Assembly (NCBI RefSeq): GCF_018977255.1
Contig: NW_024704743.1
Coordinates: 24,740,001-24,804,000 of the forward strand
Length of the DNA stretch: 64,000 bases
Source of the DNA: Callorhinchus milii
Taxonomy: Eukaryota
Direction: 5' to 3'
The notes beneath the pieces are model-generated. The model made no database searches. It had not been told where the DNA came from and was given only the letters and a program-made list of their open reading frames with translations. The position numbers and the translations under genes were made by a program. Each line of letters starts with the position of its first letter. The first letter of the stretch is position 1. Positions 25,233 through 36,200 of the stretch are shown here, one piece after another.

Positions 25233-26759
25233 AGAAAGTTAGCTCAATTAAGGCTTTAATCGACCCACATTATCCACTGCAAATTTATTACACGGGCCAA
25301 AACTAAAGTTCTCGGAATTGTTTATTCCTGTGAGGTCTGTTAATCGCTGTTGGTATTACCGTACTCCAGCACAGTGACAATACCCTTCTGGCAAGTTGTG
25401 GGCCAAGGACTGGAGTTTTGAAATCTTATTTCTGCCTTAAATCCTTTTGCAAAACGTATACATTTTTTGTGCAGAATTAACAAAGACCTCCTGCAACTTT
25501 ATTATCAGTAAAATGTTGCCAGGACATTATTATTGTAACATTAATACAAATATGCAATACTATATTGAAGAATATTTTTCACAACTCGATAAAAAAAACT
25601 GGGCTGCAGGTAATTTTCCTGCAACGACACAGTTACTTTTGAAGACATAAATTTACTGGTATGAGTTTAAAATATACAGTATTTTATTGGTTGAAAAACA
25701 AGGCCTTAGAGGCAGCAAGAACAAGGATCTTAAAATTATTCTGCTGAGGAATAAGGAGCTAAAGGAGCCTGGTGAGGAAAGGGGTTCGCATAAGCTCTGC
25801 TCAGTCTCTGCCGCTCAAAAGATTAATGAGTGTTAACCAATCCCATACAAGGGAGTTAGGGGGTTAGCACAAATAGAACAACTCAAATGCATATACTGTA
25901 TCTCCTGTCTACTGTGGGCAAACTATCCTGTTATCTTCTTGTTCCTGTTGATCATTTATGGTTAGAAATTCCAACTACGTGTAGATTTACTCTAGTCATT
26001 CTACTATTTATATATACTCCATTTCAATGTCCAGAGATTCTTAAAAACAGCCTTCATTTTGAAACCCTTTTTATGCAATTATAGAACTACAGAAAACCAA
26101 CATTAATGTTAAGATTGAATTGAATAATTTCCCAAATTCTGGATATTCTAAAATGGTGGACAAATCGAATAAATGTAGACCCAGGTGCATTTTCTCTAAC
26201 TTGCAATTTCAATAAAGTAGCCTGCATTTCAAAGTATGAATGTTATTGAGCTGTTGTCCAGTTTTCCAGGGATCAGAACTTGCCTTGCTTGTATCCTCTC
26301 TGGAAGTGATGTCTCCAATATTAAAAACAATATTTTAATCATAAACTTCATGTGACATTTCACTGGGAGTTACATTTTATCTTTGCTTTGAACCATTTAC
26401 AACGGTTGGTTGGACATTTGTTTTGACCGCAGTTACACTTGTAACCCATCCCAGCAGTGGACATGGGTAGAAGGGATCCCAGGAACATCCTTGGTATTTT
26501 CATTAATAGAGATTCAGACACTGACCAGTACAAGACAGCAGTGTAGCCCGGCATTCTGAGGGGTCGCTATTCCAGGAACCAGTTTGACCTCTGCACACAA
26601 CAGTTGTCAACAGAGACCTGCATCAACCAGGAGAAGTCAGTGTCACTCCATGAAGCTGTGATTGCACAGTCTGTTTGTGGTGGACAAGGCTTTACGAAGT
26701 GTAACTGCGATCAGAAGAAATGTCAGGCCAATCATTGTAAATGCTTCAAAGCAAAGCTA

Positions 26760-28245
26760 CAACAACAACAGCAACAAAATTACATTTATAGAGCATCTTT
26801 CACATCGGGAGGACATCCCAAAGCACTCAACAGTCAGGTGTCGGGGCCTGAGCATGGGGGAGGGGTGGTGTAGGGGTGAGAGAAGACAGAGAGGTGGGAG
26901 GGAGACCGAAGGCACGGTTGAAGAGAAGGGTCTTGAGAACGGCCTTAAAGGAGGCAAGGGAGGAAGCGATGCGAAGGGACCATGGGATGGAGTTCCAGAG
27001 TGTGGGGGCAGAGAGGCTCAAAGCCTGGCCACTGATGGTAGGGCAGGTCATAAGAACATAAGAACATAAGAATTAGGAGCAGGAGTAGGCCATTCCGCCC
27101 CTCGAGTCTGCCCCACATTTAATAAGACCATGGCTGATCTTCAGACCTAACTCTAAATATTTGCCTTATCCCCATATCCCCTAATGCCTCTGTTTTTTTA
27201 AAAATCTATCAGTCTCAGCCTTGAAGATATTCAAGGACTGAGCATCTACAGCCTTCTGGGGCAGTGAATTCCATAAATTCACTACCCTCTGAGTGAAGAA
27301 ATGTTTCCTCAACTCTGTTCGAAAAGGCTGACCCTTAATTTTAAGACTGTGACCCCTGGTTATAGATTCTCCTACCAGAGGAAACAGACCCTCAGTGTCT
27401 ACTTTATTCAGCCCTTTAAGAATCTTATATATTTCAATAAGATCTCCCCTAATTCTTCTGTACTCGAGAGAATATAGCCCTAGTTTATTCAGCCTATCCT
27501 CATAAGTCAGTCCCCTCATCCCAGGAACTAACCTGGTGAATCTACGATGCACCCCCTCTAGGGCAAGTATGTACTTTTTTAAATAAGGAGACCAAAACTG
27601 CACACAATACTCTAGGTGCGGTCTCACCAAGGCCCTATACAGTTGCACCAAGACTTCCCTACTTTTGTACACTAAACCTTTTGCAATGATCGCTAACATG
27701 CCGTTGGCCTTCTTAGTTGCTTGCTGCACTTGCAAACTAACTTTTTGAGACTGGTGTACAAGGACACCCAAATCCCTCTGCACACTAACACTATCTAAAC
27801 TCTCCCCCTCTAGAAAATAATCTGTTTTTCTATTTTTTCTACCTAGGTGAATAACTTCACACTTCCCCACATTAAATTCCATCTGCCACCTACTCGCCCA
27901 CTCCCCTAGCCTATCTATATCCCGTAGCAATCTTTTTGCATCATCCTCAGAGCTTACTCTCCCACTTAGTTTAGTGTCATCTGCAAATTTAGATACGTTA
28001 CATTCAATGTCCTCGTCTAGATCATGTCTCGAGCGTGAGACATGGAACAGGCCGGAGCCCGATAAACGGAGGGAGTGGGTAGGTTGGTAGGGAGTCAGCA
28101 GGTCAGAGAGGTAGGAGGAAGCAAGGCCATGGTTGGCCTTAAAGGTGAGGACGAGGATCTTGAACTCGATCCTCTGGGGGATGGGGGAGCCAGTGGAGTC
28201 GGGCGAGGGTGGGAGTGATGGGGTCACGGAGCCTGGTGCATGAGA
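26760..28245 (-). mobile_element. L2 LINE 3' fragment split by a CR1 insertion (L2 parts ~26760-27050 and ~28030-28245)
   Basis: L2 homology resumes colinearly on both sides of the CR1. Confidence 0.85.
27051..28020 (-). mobile_element. CR1 LINE 3' ~970 bp (RT C-terminal part)
   Basis: SKFADDTKL...WQMEFNVGKC...RDLGV...LYRALVRPHLEYCVQFWSP...RGDLIE...FFTQRVVNLWNSLP; (TTCTTATG)n tail. Confidence 0.95.
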
Positions 28246-28504
28246 GTTAAAATGCAACTCCAGGTGTCATGGAAGTCTCACTTGCATTAACACATGGACA
28301 TTTGACTCATCAGTGAATGCAATGTCACATGAAAGTTTATGGTGAATAAAATATTAATTTTGATAATGTGTTATTTATTTGTGACAAGTGGCAAGATTAT
28401 CAATGTGATGAAATGATCACTTTCTCACAAAGTCCTTGACTCCAAATTTCAGTGTTTTTATGGTTTCACAACTTTACTGTAACATATATCATATACTGTA
28501 ACAT

Positions 28505-28860
28505 GGAGTCCTGTAGCTCAGTGGTTAGAGAACTCGCCTCACAAGTGAAAGACCTGGGTTCGATTCCTGGCAGGGTGAAATGTCAGCAAGTTTCCTCATG
28601 ACACACGTCTCTGTTTACCTAGCAGTAAATAGGAAACCATTTTTGTTGATTGGCGGATTGCTTTTCTGGGGGTAATAATTCCTTCAAAAAAATAAACAAA
28701 TTGGACATTTCAATCCACAACTGTTGTGGGACTTGGCTGCCGTGTTTCACCCACAAAATATACAGTTGATTTATTTTACAGTATATTCTGTGAAACGCTT
28801 TGAGATGTCTCGAAGATGTGATAAGGCGCTATATCAAATGCAAGGATTATTCTTATTCTT
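28505..28860 (+). mobile_element. tRNA-derived SINE, long subfamily
   Basis: GGAGTCCTGTAGCTCAGTGGTTAGAG head to ...GCTATATCAAATGCAAGGATTATT tail. Confidence 0.88.
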
Positions 28861-29304
28861 CTTATATAAATGTGTACTCATTCCTGAAATACACCGTGAA
28901 GGTAAATGCAATAATATTTGAAGAATAATATGAATTACAAACTGAAATGCGATTGCTGGATAATTTTTTTATTCAGGTCAATGAACCTGTATAAAGTTAA
29001 ATCTGTGTTAATAGACACTAGACACTGAAGAAAAACAAAGAAAGAGCTGTTTACCATACACAGCACAAGAACATTTTATCTAAGCAAGGTTGCCTCTGTT
29101 AATTATTGATAATTGGTTCTTTTTCGGTCATTCTAATTGTCTAATGAAACAAAAAGGACAGATCAAATGATAAACTATAAGTGAGAATGCTCTAAAACGT
29201 AAACAGATATAAAACTCACTGAAAGATCTTTGCTTTCAATCTTGAACTTTCAATAGCAAAAGGAACATGGGAGAAATTCCAAATTTGTTGATACATTAAT
29301 GGAC

Positions 29305-29548
29305 CTTCTTCACTCAGAGGGTAGTGAATTTATGGAATTCTCTACCCCAAACGGCCGTAGATGCTCAGTCCTTGAACATATTCAAGACTGAGATTGATAG
29401 ATTTCTTGTGGATAAAGGGATTAAGGAATATGGGGATAAGGTGGGTAGGTGGAGTTAGAATAGATCAGCCATGATCTTATTGAATGGCGGGGCAGGCTCG
29501 AGGGGTCAAATGGCCTACTTCTGCTCCTAATCCTTATGTTCTATGTTC
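29305..29548 (+). mobile_element. CR1 LINE 3' end
   Basis: FFTQRVVNLWNSLP-coding sequence, 3'UTR and TTATGTTCTATG tail. Confidence 0.88.
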
Positions 29549-29899
29549 CACAACGGTCCATAAATGGTTTGACCAGGACTACTTTGCGCCTGGGTTAATA
29601 AAATTAGCTCAAATGGAACAAACACCACCTCTTTAGCATGTATTTTTAACAGGCATTGAAGCTTGAAAATTGTTCTCTTCCTGTGCCTGCAAAGTGATTC
29701 TGATTTCTACGCAGAAACCCCTGTATGTCTTCATCTCAGACCCGAGATCTCACTGGAGCTGAAGTTTCATGAAGGCTGTACAACATACAGGGTTTCCATG
29801 GAGTGAATTCTGTCTAAATTGGGAGGCAATTTGCCAGTGTTCACAGTGGTGATCTAAGGTAGAATGTTTTTGTTATACCTCAATCACATGAGAAATGAA

Positions 29900-29905
29900 T
29901 TTATT
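29900..29905 (-). terminator. Candidate polyadenylation signal AATAAA of gene A
   Basis: TTTATT on the + strand, about 160 nt past the stop codon. Confidence 0.55.
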
Positions 29906-30064
29906 TGAAATGAATACATATTGACATTTAGAACTCTATTCAGTAGTTTTAAGTAACTGTATAAAATAGCAGATCAGCAATTTTTCCCCCTCCAAATGCT
30001 AATTCTTTCTGAAGCAGCCGTCTCCATCTGTTTCCTCACAATTCTAAAATGTCACATTCGAGCA

Positions 30065-30237
30065 CTAGTAAGACTTAAGGCATAAGGCTTCACATTCCTC
30101 TTCAGTGTCAAATCTGTTTCCATTTCCTTTGCAGCCACCGTACCAAAATCGTGTGCAAACTTGCAGCTCTTTGTCAAAGTACCATTTAAGATCATAATCC
30201 TGGCAAGCCCCTTCATCTTGATTCAGTGCACACACAT
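30065..30237 (-). CDS. Gene A terminal exon: Kunitz/BPTI domain (endotrophin/C5-like)
   Basis: tgcttccag|[65 protein letters not shown]; 6 Cys and the F.YGGC.GN.N.F signature. Confidence 0.95.
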
Positions 30238-33200
30238 CTGGAAGCAAAAATAAGGCAAGAGGTTTACTAAGCAAGAATAGGCCCAGCTAAATTTATACTG
30301 CATCTCCATAGTTAAAAAAAACTAAAGAACATTCAGTATTCACACCACAAGAAATACACTGTAAAGTTGGGATGAATAAAAAAATGATCGGGAAAAAAGG
30401 AAAAGTCTAAGACTACAAATCCCTAGAATTTCGGAAATCCCGTTTCTGTTGTTGAGTTTAGTACCCATTATGGTGAGGGGCTGTTAGTTGTGGGGAAATG
30501 GAACACTTTCCCACTTTGTATACTCAGTTATTATCATCATTGCTTGCTCAGGTATAACAACAAGAAATTACAACAACAACAACTTGGATTTTTATAGTGC
30601 CCTCCACGCCGGAAGGCGTCTCAGAGTGCTTCACAGTAACGGATTCCAGGACCAAGCCAGGGGGAGTGGGAGGAAAGTGACCGAAGGCGCAGTCGAAAAG
30701 AAAGGTCTTCACCAGAGACCTGAAAATAGGAAGAGAGGGGGGAGTGAGATGAAGGGAGTGAGGAAGGGAGTTCCAGAGCCTGAAGGCACGGCCGCCAAGG
30801 GTGGAGTGGAGGACTCGGGGGACGAGGAGGAGGCCAGACCCGGAGGAACGAAGGCAACGAGCACTGTTTTGAGGAGAGAGGTCAGAGAGATTGGAGGGTG
30901 CAGAGGAGTGGAGGGATTTGAAGACAAGGGTGAGGATCTTGAAGTCGATCCTCTCTGGGATAGGCAGCCAGTGCAGTCTGGCAAGGACTGGGGTGATCGG
31001 GGAGCAGAGTTTGGTGCGGGTGAGAATGCGGGCGGCAGAGTTTTGAATAAACTGGATTTTATGAATGGTAGTGGAGGGAAGGCTGGCGAGGAGGGCGTTA
31101 GAGTAGTCCAGCCGAGAGGTGACAGAGGCATGGACCAGGGTTTCAGCGGCTTTTGGAGAGAGGTATTGGCGGAGACGGGTGATGCGTCGCAGGTGGAAGA
31201 AGGCGTTGCTGGTGAGGGACCGGATGTGGGGAAGGAAGGATAATTGGGGGTTGAACCTGACGCCTAGGTTGCGTACGGGTTCGGAGAGTTTTAAGGGGAG
31301 GTCAGGTAGGTGGAGGAGGTGAGAACCGTGAGATTTTAGATGTTGACGAGAGCCAAAGAGTATGGCTTCCATCTTGTCAACGTTAGCTGAAGGAAGTTTG
31401 CACTCATCCAGCCCCTGAGATCTGACAGGCAGGCTGACAGAACATCAGGGGACTGGGGGTCGCAAAGAGAGGTGGAAAAATAGAGTTGGATGTCGTCCGC
31501 ATATATGTGGAAATGTACTCCATGTCTACGGATGACATCTCCAAGAGGAAGCATGTAGATCAGAAAGAGTAGGGGGCGAAGGATGGATCCTTGGTACCCC
31601 ACAGGTGACCGGGTGAGATCGGGAGGAGAAGCCATTTATGCAGATGTACTGCTGGTGGTTTGTGAGGTAGGACTCGAACCAGGCGAGTGTGGTCCCACTG
31701 AGGTGGATGATGGAGGAAAGGTGGTGGAGGATGGCGTGATCGACTGTGTCGAACGCGGCGGAGAGGTCCAGGAGGACAAGGAGGCAGAGGGAGCCCTGGT
31801 CACAGATAGAGAGGATGTCGTTTATGACTTTCAAGCACAGTCTCTGTACTGTGGGCAGAGCGGAAACCAGACTGGAGGGGTTCGAAGAGGGAGTGGGAGG
31901 AGAGGTGACACGCCGACGTCACTTTGTGAATCGCACCACCCCATCACGTACCCCCCTGCACTCTCCTGACTCCGCTCCTGACAAAATTACATTTGTATAG
32001 CGCTTTTCATGTCGGGAGAACATCCCAAGGAGCTGGACAGTTAGGGATTTGAACACCAGCAGGGGTTTAGGATCAGGCGGGGTGGAGGGTGAGGAGGGTA
32101 GGGATAGGAGGATGGCCGGATACGCGCCCGAAAAGAAGGATCTTGAAGGCAGCAAAGGACGAAGCAAGGCAAAGCGATTGTAGGATGGAGTTCTTAAGGG
32201 TGGGGGCAGAGAAGCTGAAGGCCCGACCGCCAATGGTGGGGCGGGCCAGGTGGGGGACATGGAGCAGGCCGGAGCCTGCTGAGCGGAGGGAGCGGACAAG
32301 TTGGTATGGGGTTGGTTAGCAGGTTATAGAGGTAGGAAGGAGCAAGGCCTCGAAGGTGAGGACGAGGATGTTGATCTCTATCCACTGGGGGGGATGGGGA
32401 GCCAGTGGATAACAGTGTATAGCATGGTATTCACATACAAAATTTGCCCATAAAATATACAGTTAATTCACTTTACAGTATATTCTGTGAAGCGCTTTGA
32501 GACACCTCGAAGACGTGATAAGACCCTATGTGAAATGCAAAATTATTATTATTATTATTATTAAAATACACAGTCACTACACTTTTCAGTATATCGTGTG
32601 AAGTGCTTTTAGACACCCTCCTGACATGGAAGGCACTATATCAAATGCAAGGATCAAATGCAAGGATTATTTTAAGGAAAATTGTGACAAAGATATGCAG
32701 TCCTGGCATATAACCAAACTATTCATTCTATTCATTGACCTGAATAAAAAATTATCCAGCAATCGCATTTCAATTTGTAATTCATATTAATTCTTCAAAT
32801 ATATTATTGCATTTACCTTCACAGTGTATTTCGGGAGCGACTATGCATTTATATAATAATCCTTGCATTTGATATAGCACCTTATCATGTCTTTGAGACG
32901 TCTCAAAGCACTTCACAGAATATAATAATAATAATCCTTGCATTTGATATCGCGCTTTTCACGTCGGGAGGACGTCCCAAAGCGCTTCGCAGAACACACT
33001 GTAAAGTGAATTGACTGTATATTTTGTGGGCGAAACGTGGCAGCCAATTGCACACAGCGGTGTCCCACAAATAGTCATGGATTGAGTGACCAAATTATTA
33101 TTATTTATTTATTTTTTGGAAGGGATTATTACCCCTGGAAAAGTGATCCGCCAATCGACTAACAGCCGGGTTCCTACTGAATGCTAGGCGACAGAGAGGC

Positions 33201-36200
33201 ATGTGGCGTAAGGAAACTTGCCCAACGTTTCGCCCTGCCAGGAATTAAACCCAGGTCCTCTCGCTTGCAAGGCGAGTGCTCTAACCACTAGGATACAGGA
33301 TTCCAAGATCAAGGTCAATAACACTTCCAACATTAGTTTTGTACTAATTTCCAATTACCTTCACTCTGCATTTCCTTTTCAGTGTCAACCATTTCGCCTG
33401 AAAGTGAATACACATGAAAATAAATGAATCATGCACAAATAGAGTAAGTTTTATATTACATTTTGAATTAAGTTTGTTTCAGTTTGGCAAACAAATTTCT
33501 CATCATACCTACCGTAACCATTATCTGTCGACATTTCTGTTTCTCTTTCAGAATCTTCAAATTCTTTTTCCTCTTCAAATTCTTCCTCTTCAAATTTCTC
33601 TTCTTCAAACTCCTCCTCTTCAAACTCCTCCTCTTCAAACTCCTCCTCTTCAAACTCTCTCCCTTCTTCCTCAGTTCCCCTATGGATGAATACAAGTTTA
33701 AGCTAGCAGTATCCAAGAATTCAACCAGATATCCGGTGAGATGTTCAAATAGGATTAAATGTAATATTAATAGTGATGCAGATAATAAAAAAACATACCT
33801 TTTTTGTTCAGAAATTGCATTTGATACCTTTGTGATCCCCTGGAATAATCTCGCTGACTGACATTCTCTTCGTAAAGCTTGAGGTGGATATGCGTTGATC
33901 CCAACTATACAAAGTAAATGTCTATTAATATATTTTCTGATTTTGTAAGTATAGTTCAGTATTGCTAATCCCTTTTGGATGTCAAATATCAAATTGTTAG
34001 CTTCACATTTGACTGAATTAATGTTTTACATTTTCCATGGGATATCTAGAATAAAGAAATACTTTATGTTTTCGTAAACCATTTTTGTGTTTTAGTGTAT
34101 ATTTTTTTGACTGTATACAGATGTATATTTACAGATGTGGCAAAAAGAAGATCTGATAATATTTTAAATGCAGTGAAACATTACTTACATTTATAAAATA
34201 ATAATAGTAATAATATTTTTTCTGCAAGTGAGTAGTTTGGCCAGTATCAAAATGCTGTAAAATCTGGAATAATGTAGTAATTAATTGAGCAGGCTTCAGT
34301 GTTTTACCATCATGAAGTCAGTGGTTCACAGGTCAGTAGGATGAAATGTTTGCCGAATAATAATAATTATTGTTGATAAATATCAAATTGTCAAAAAAAC
34401 ATATAAACTATAATTACTGTCTCTGAACCACCCCATACACCACATTGACAAACTAATTTGATGATAATCTGGAGTAACATTGCTCCGGATTACGCCAGAG
34501 AAAAAAAAGATTTAAATGTTATTAGCTTTTGTACAACTTTGCTCTTTCAATAAAATGGTACTTTATGTAACTTGTCATGTAAATTGTCATGCTCTCCAAT
34601 GTTGCACTTACGTGTCAGACTTTTCAAAAAGGCCCGAGTAAACCTGTGTGCGTATCTCATTTCAGGCTCAAGCAGTCTACCAAGTCGAATTAGATGATGG
34701 TCAAAAGGGAAACTAACAAGATCTTCCAAGTCAGTCTCCACAGTATCCATCCCAAAAGAGAATATAAAGACAGAGAACCCTTGACATCGCGCTTGTAGTG
34801 ACGCAGCCAATAACTTGGCTTTGTCCCAAACACTAGTGTCTCCTGCAACTAGTAGAAATAGAACCTTGTAGCGTCGTGGGGTTGGCGCAGTTGCAAAGAC
34901 ATTGTTCAAAGTCCATTCAATAGCATGGCCAACACCAGAAGAGCCGTCTAATTGATCGAAGGATTGCTGGATGTACCTCTTCATTGTACTTTTACTTGAA
35001 AAGTTAAAAAATCCAAATTCCAGGTGAACAGGCTGTTGGCCTGACCTAGGCACGTAATCACGTGGTACATGTTGCACAAGAGCAACTCGAGCACGATTAT
35101 CAAAAGCCTTTGGGTTTCGGGACGTCACAAACTCATCGAGTATCGAGCTTAGAAAGATCTTCAGCCTTTCGAAGTCTACAGATCTCACATTGCTTGAGCC
35201 ATCAACAATGAAAGCTATGTCCATGCTGATGGGAATCGGAGGTGGGCGGAGGACTTGCTGGCATCGTGGGTTTGGTTCACACATATCTGCAAAAGACGAA
35301 TAAAGTAAAATTTTTATGTTCTAAAATAATAATGTGTGGTTCTCAGTAAATCCTATTTATGGGGTGATTTTAGATAGATCCTAGTTTAAGAGTACGACTG
35401 GAAGAGAGAGTGTGTTGAACCCTGGCAAGGACTATTGATTCTCTAATAAGATTAGAAATTCCAAAAGTCACAGAACGGATTCTGTTCCAAAATCAGCTCT
35501 TGGATGGAAGGGGTGGAGCTCAACATCCTTAAAGCTAATTTTATGCTTCATTCATTGCATCAATTCAACATGAAAAATGGCTAAAAGTGAAGCATAATAC
35601 TACAGTCTAAAATCTCAAGCTTCCATGTGAGACTGCGGAAGAATGCGCAGTATGTGCGAACTATCAATTGGGAAGCAATCAGACTGAATTCTCTGAAATG
35701 GATATCAATTACAATCAGTTGTGTATTATGAACTAGAAGTAAATGACAGCTTTGATCTAGGCCTTCATCTGTATGGCTGCCGTCAATTATATTTAAAAAT
35801 AGGTAGGATGCCAATATTTGAAAACAATTTGAAAGATTTCATTAAAGCAGTGAGGTAAGATCAGGTGGATTTCTGCTGAAAACTGAACCAGTTTGGTTAA
35901 ATAGTTTGGGATGCCTGAAGCAAAAAAAAAATGAAAAGAGAGATTTGTAGTGTTTTGCATAAATGCTTTCGATTCTCCCAAATATAATTAAACAGAACTG
36001 TAGAATATTCACCAATTCTCACATTTCCCTTATCCAACCCTGGTTTGCTGCCCTTCCCTGGGTCAGCATTCTGCATCACAATAGCAAAGAAAGTATTATT
36101 TGCCAAAGAGTATTTGATCCTCCTGCCTTAAAAAAAGAATAATAATGATCCTTGCTTTTCATACAGTACCTTATCACGTCTTCTAGATGTCTCAAAGCAC

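Larger units (their letters stand above)
26320..28400. mobile_element. Ginger2/KRBA2-like integrase DNA-transposon 3' relic (+ strand 26446-26759 and 28246-~28400; inverted copy of the 3' end 26320-26445)
   Basis: DPRNILG...G.L.GRYSRNQF...GGQGFTKCNC..KC..N.CKCFKAKL|KCNSRCHGSLTC Cys-rich tail. Confidence 0.7.

Noticed and set aside
27181..28257. 358-aa ORF, the longest in the track
   Set aside because: Chance in-frame join of an L2 fragment and a 5'-truncated CR1 RT; not a host gene.
33468..33992. Basic ORF with (SLKRR)n resembling a protamine or NLS
   Set aside because: It reads through an intron into the wrong frame; splice phases give the Glu-rich frame.
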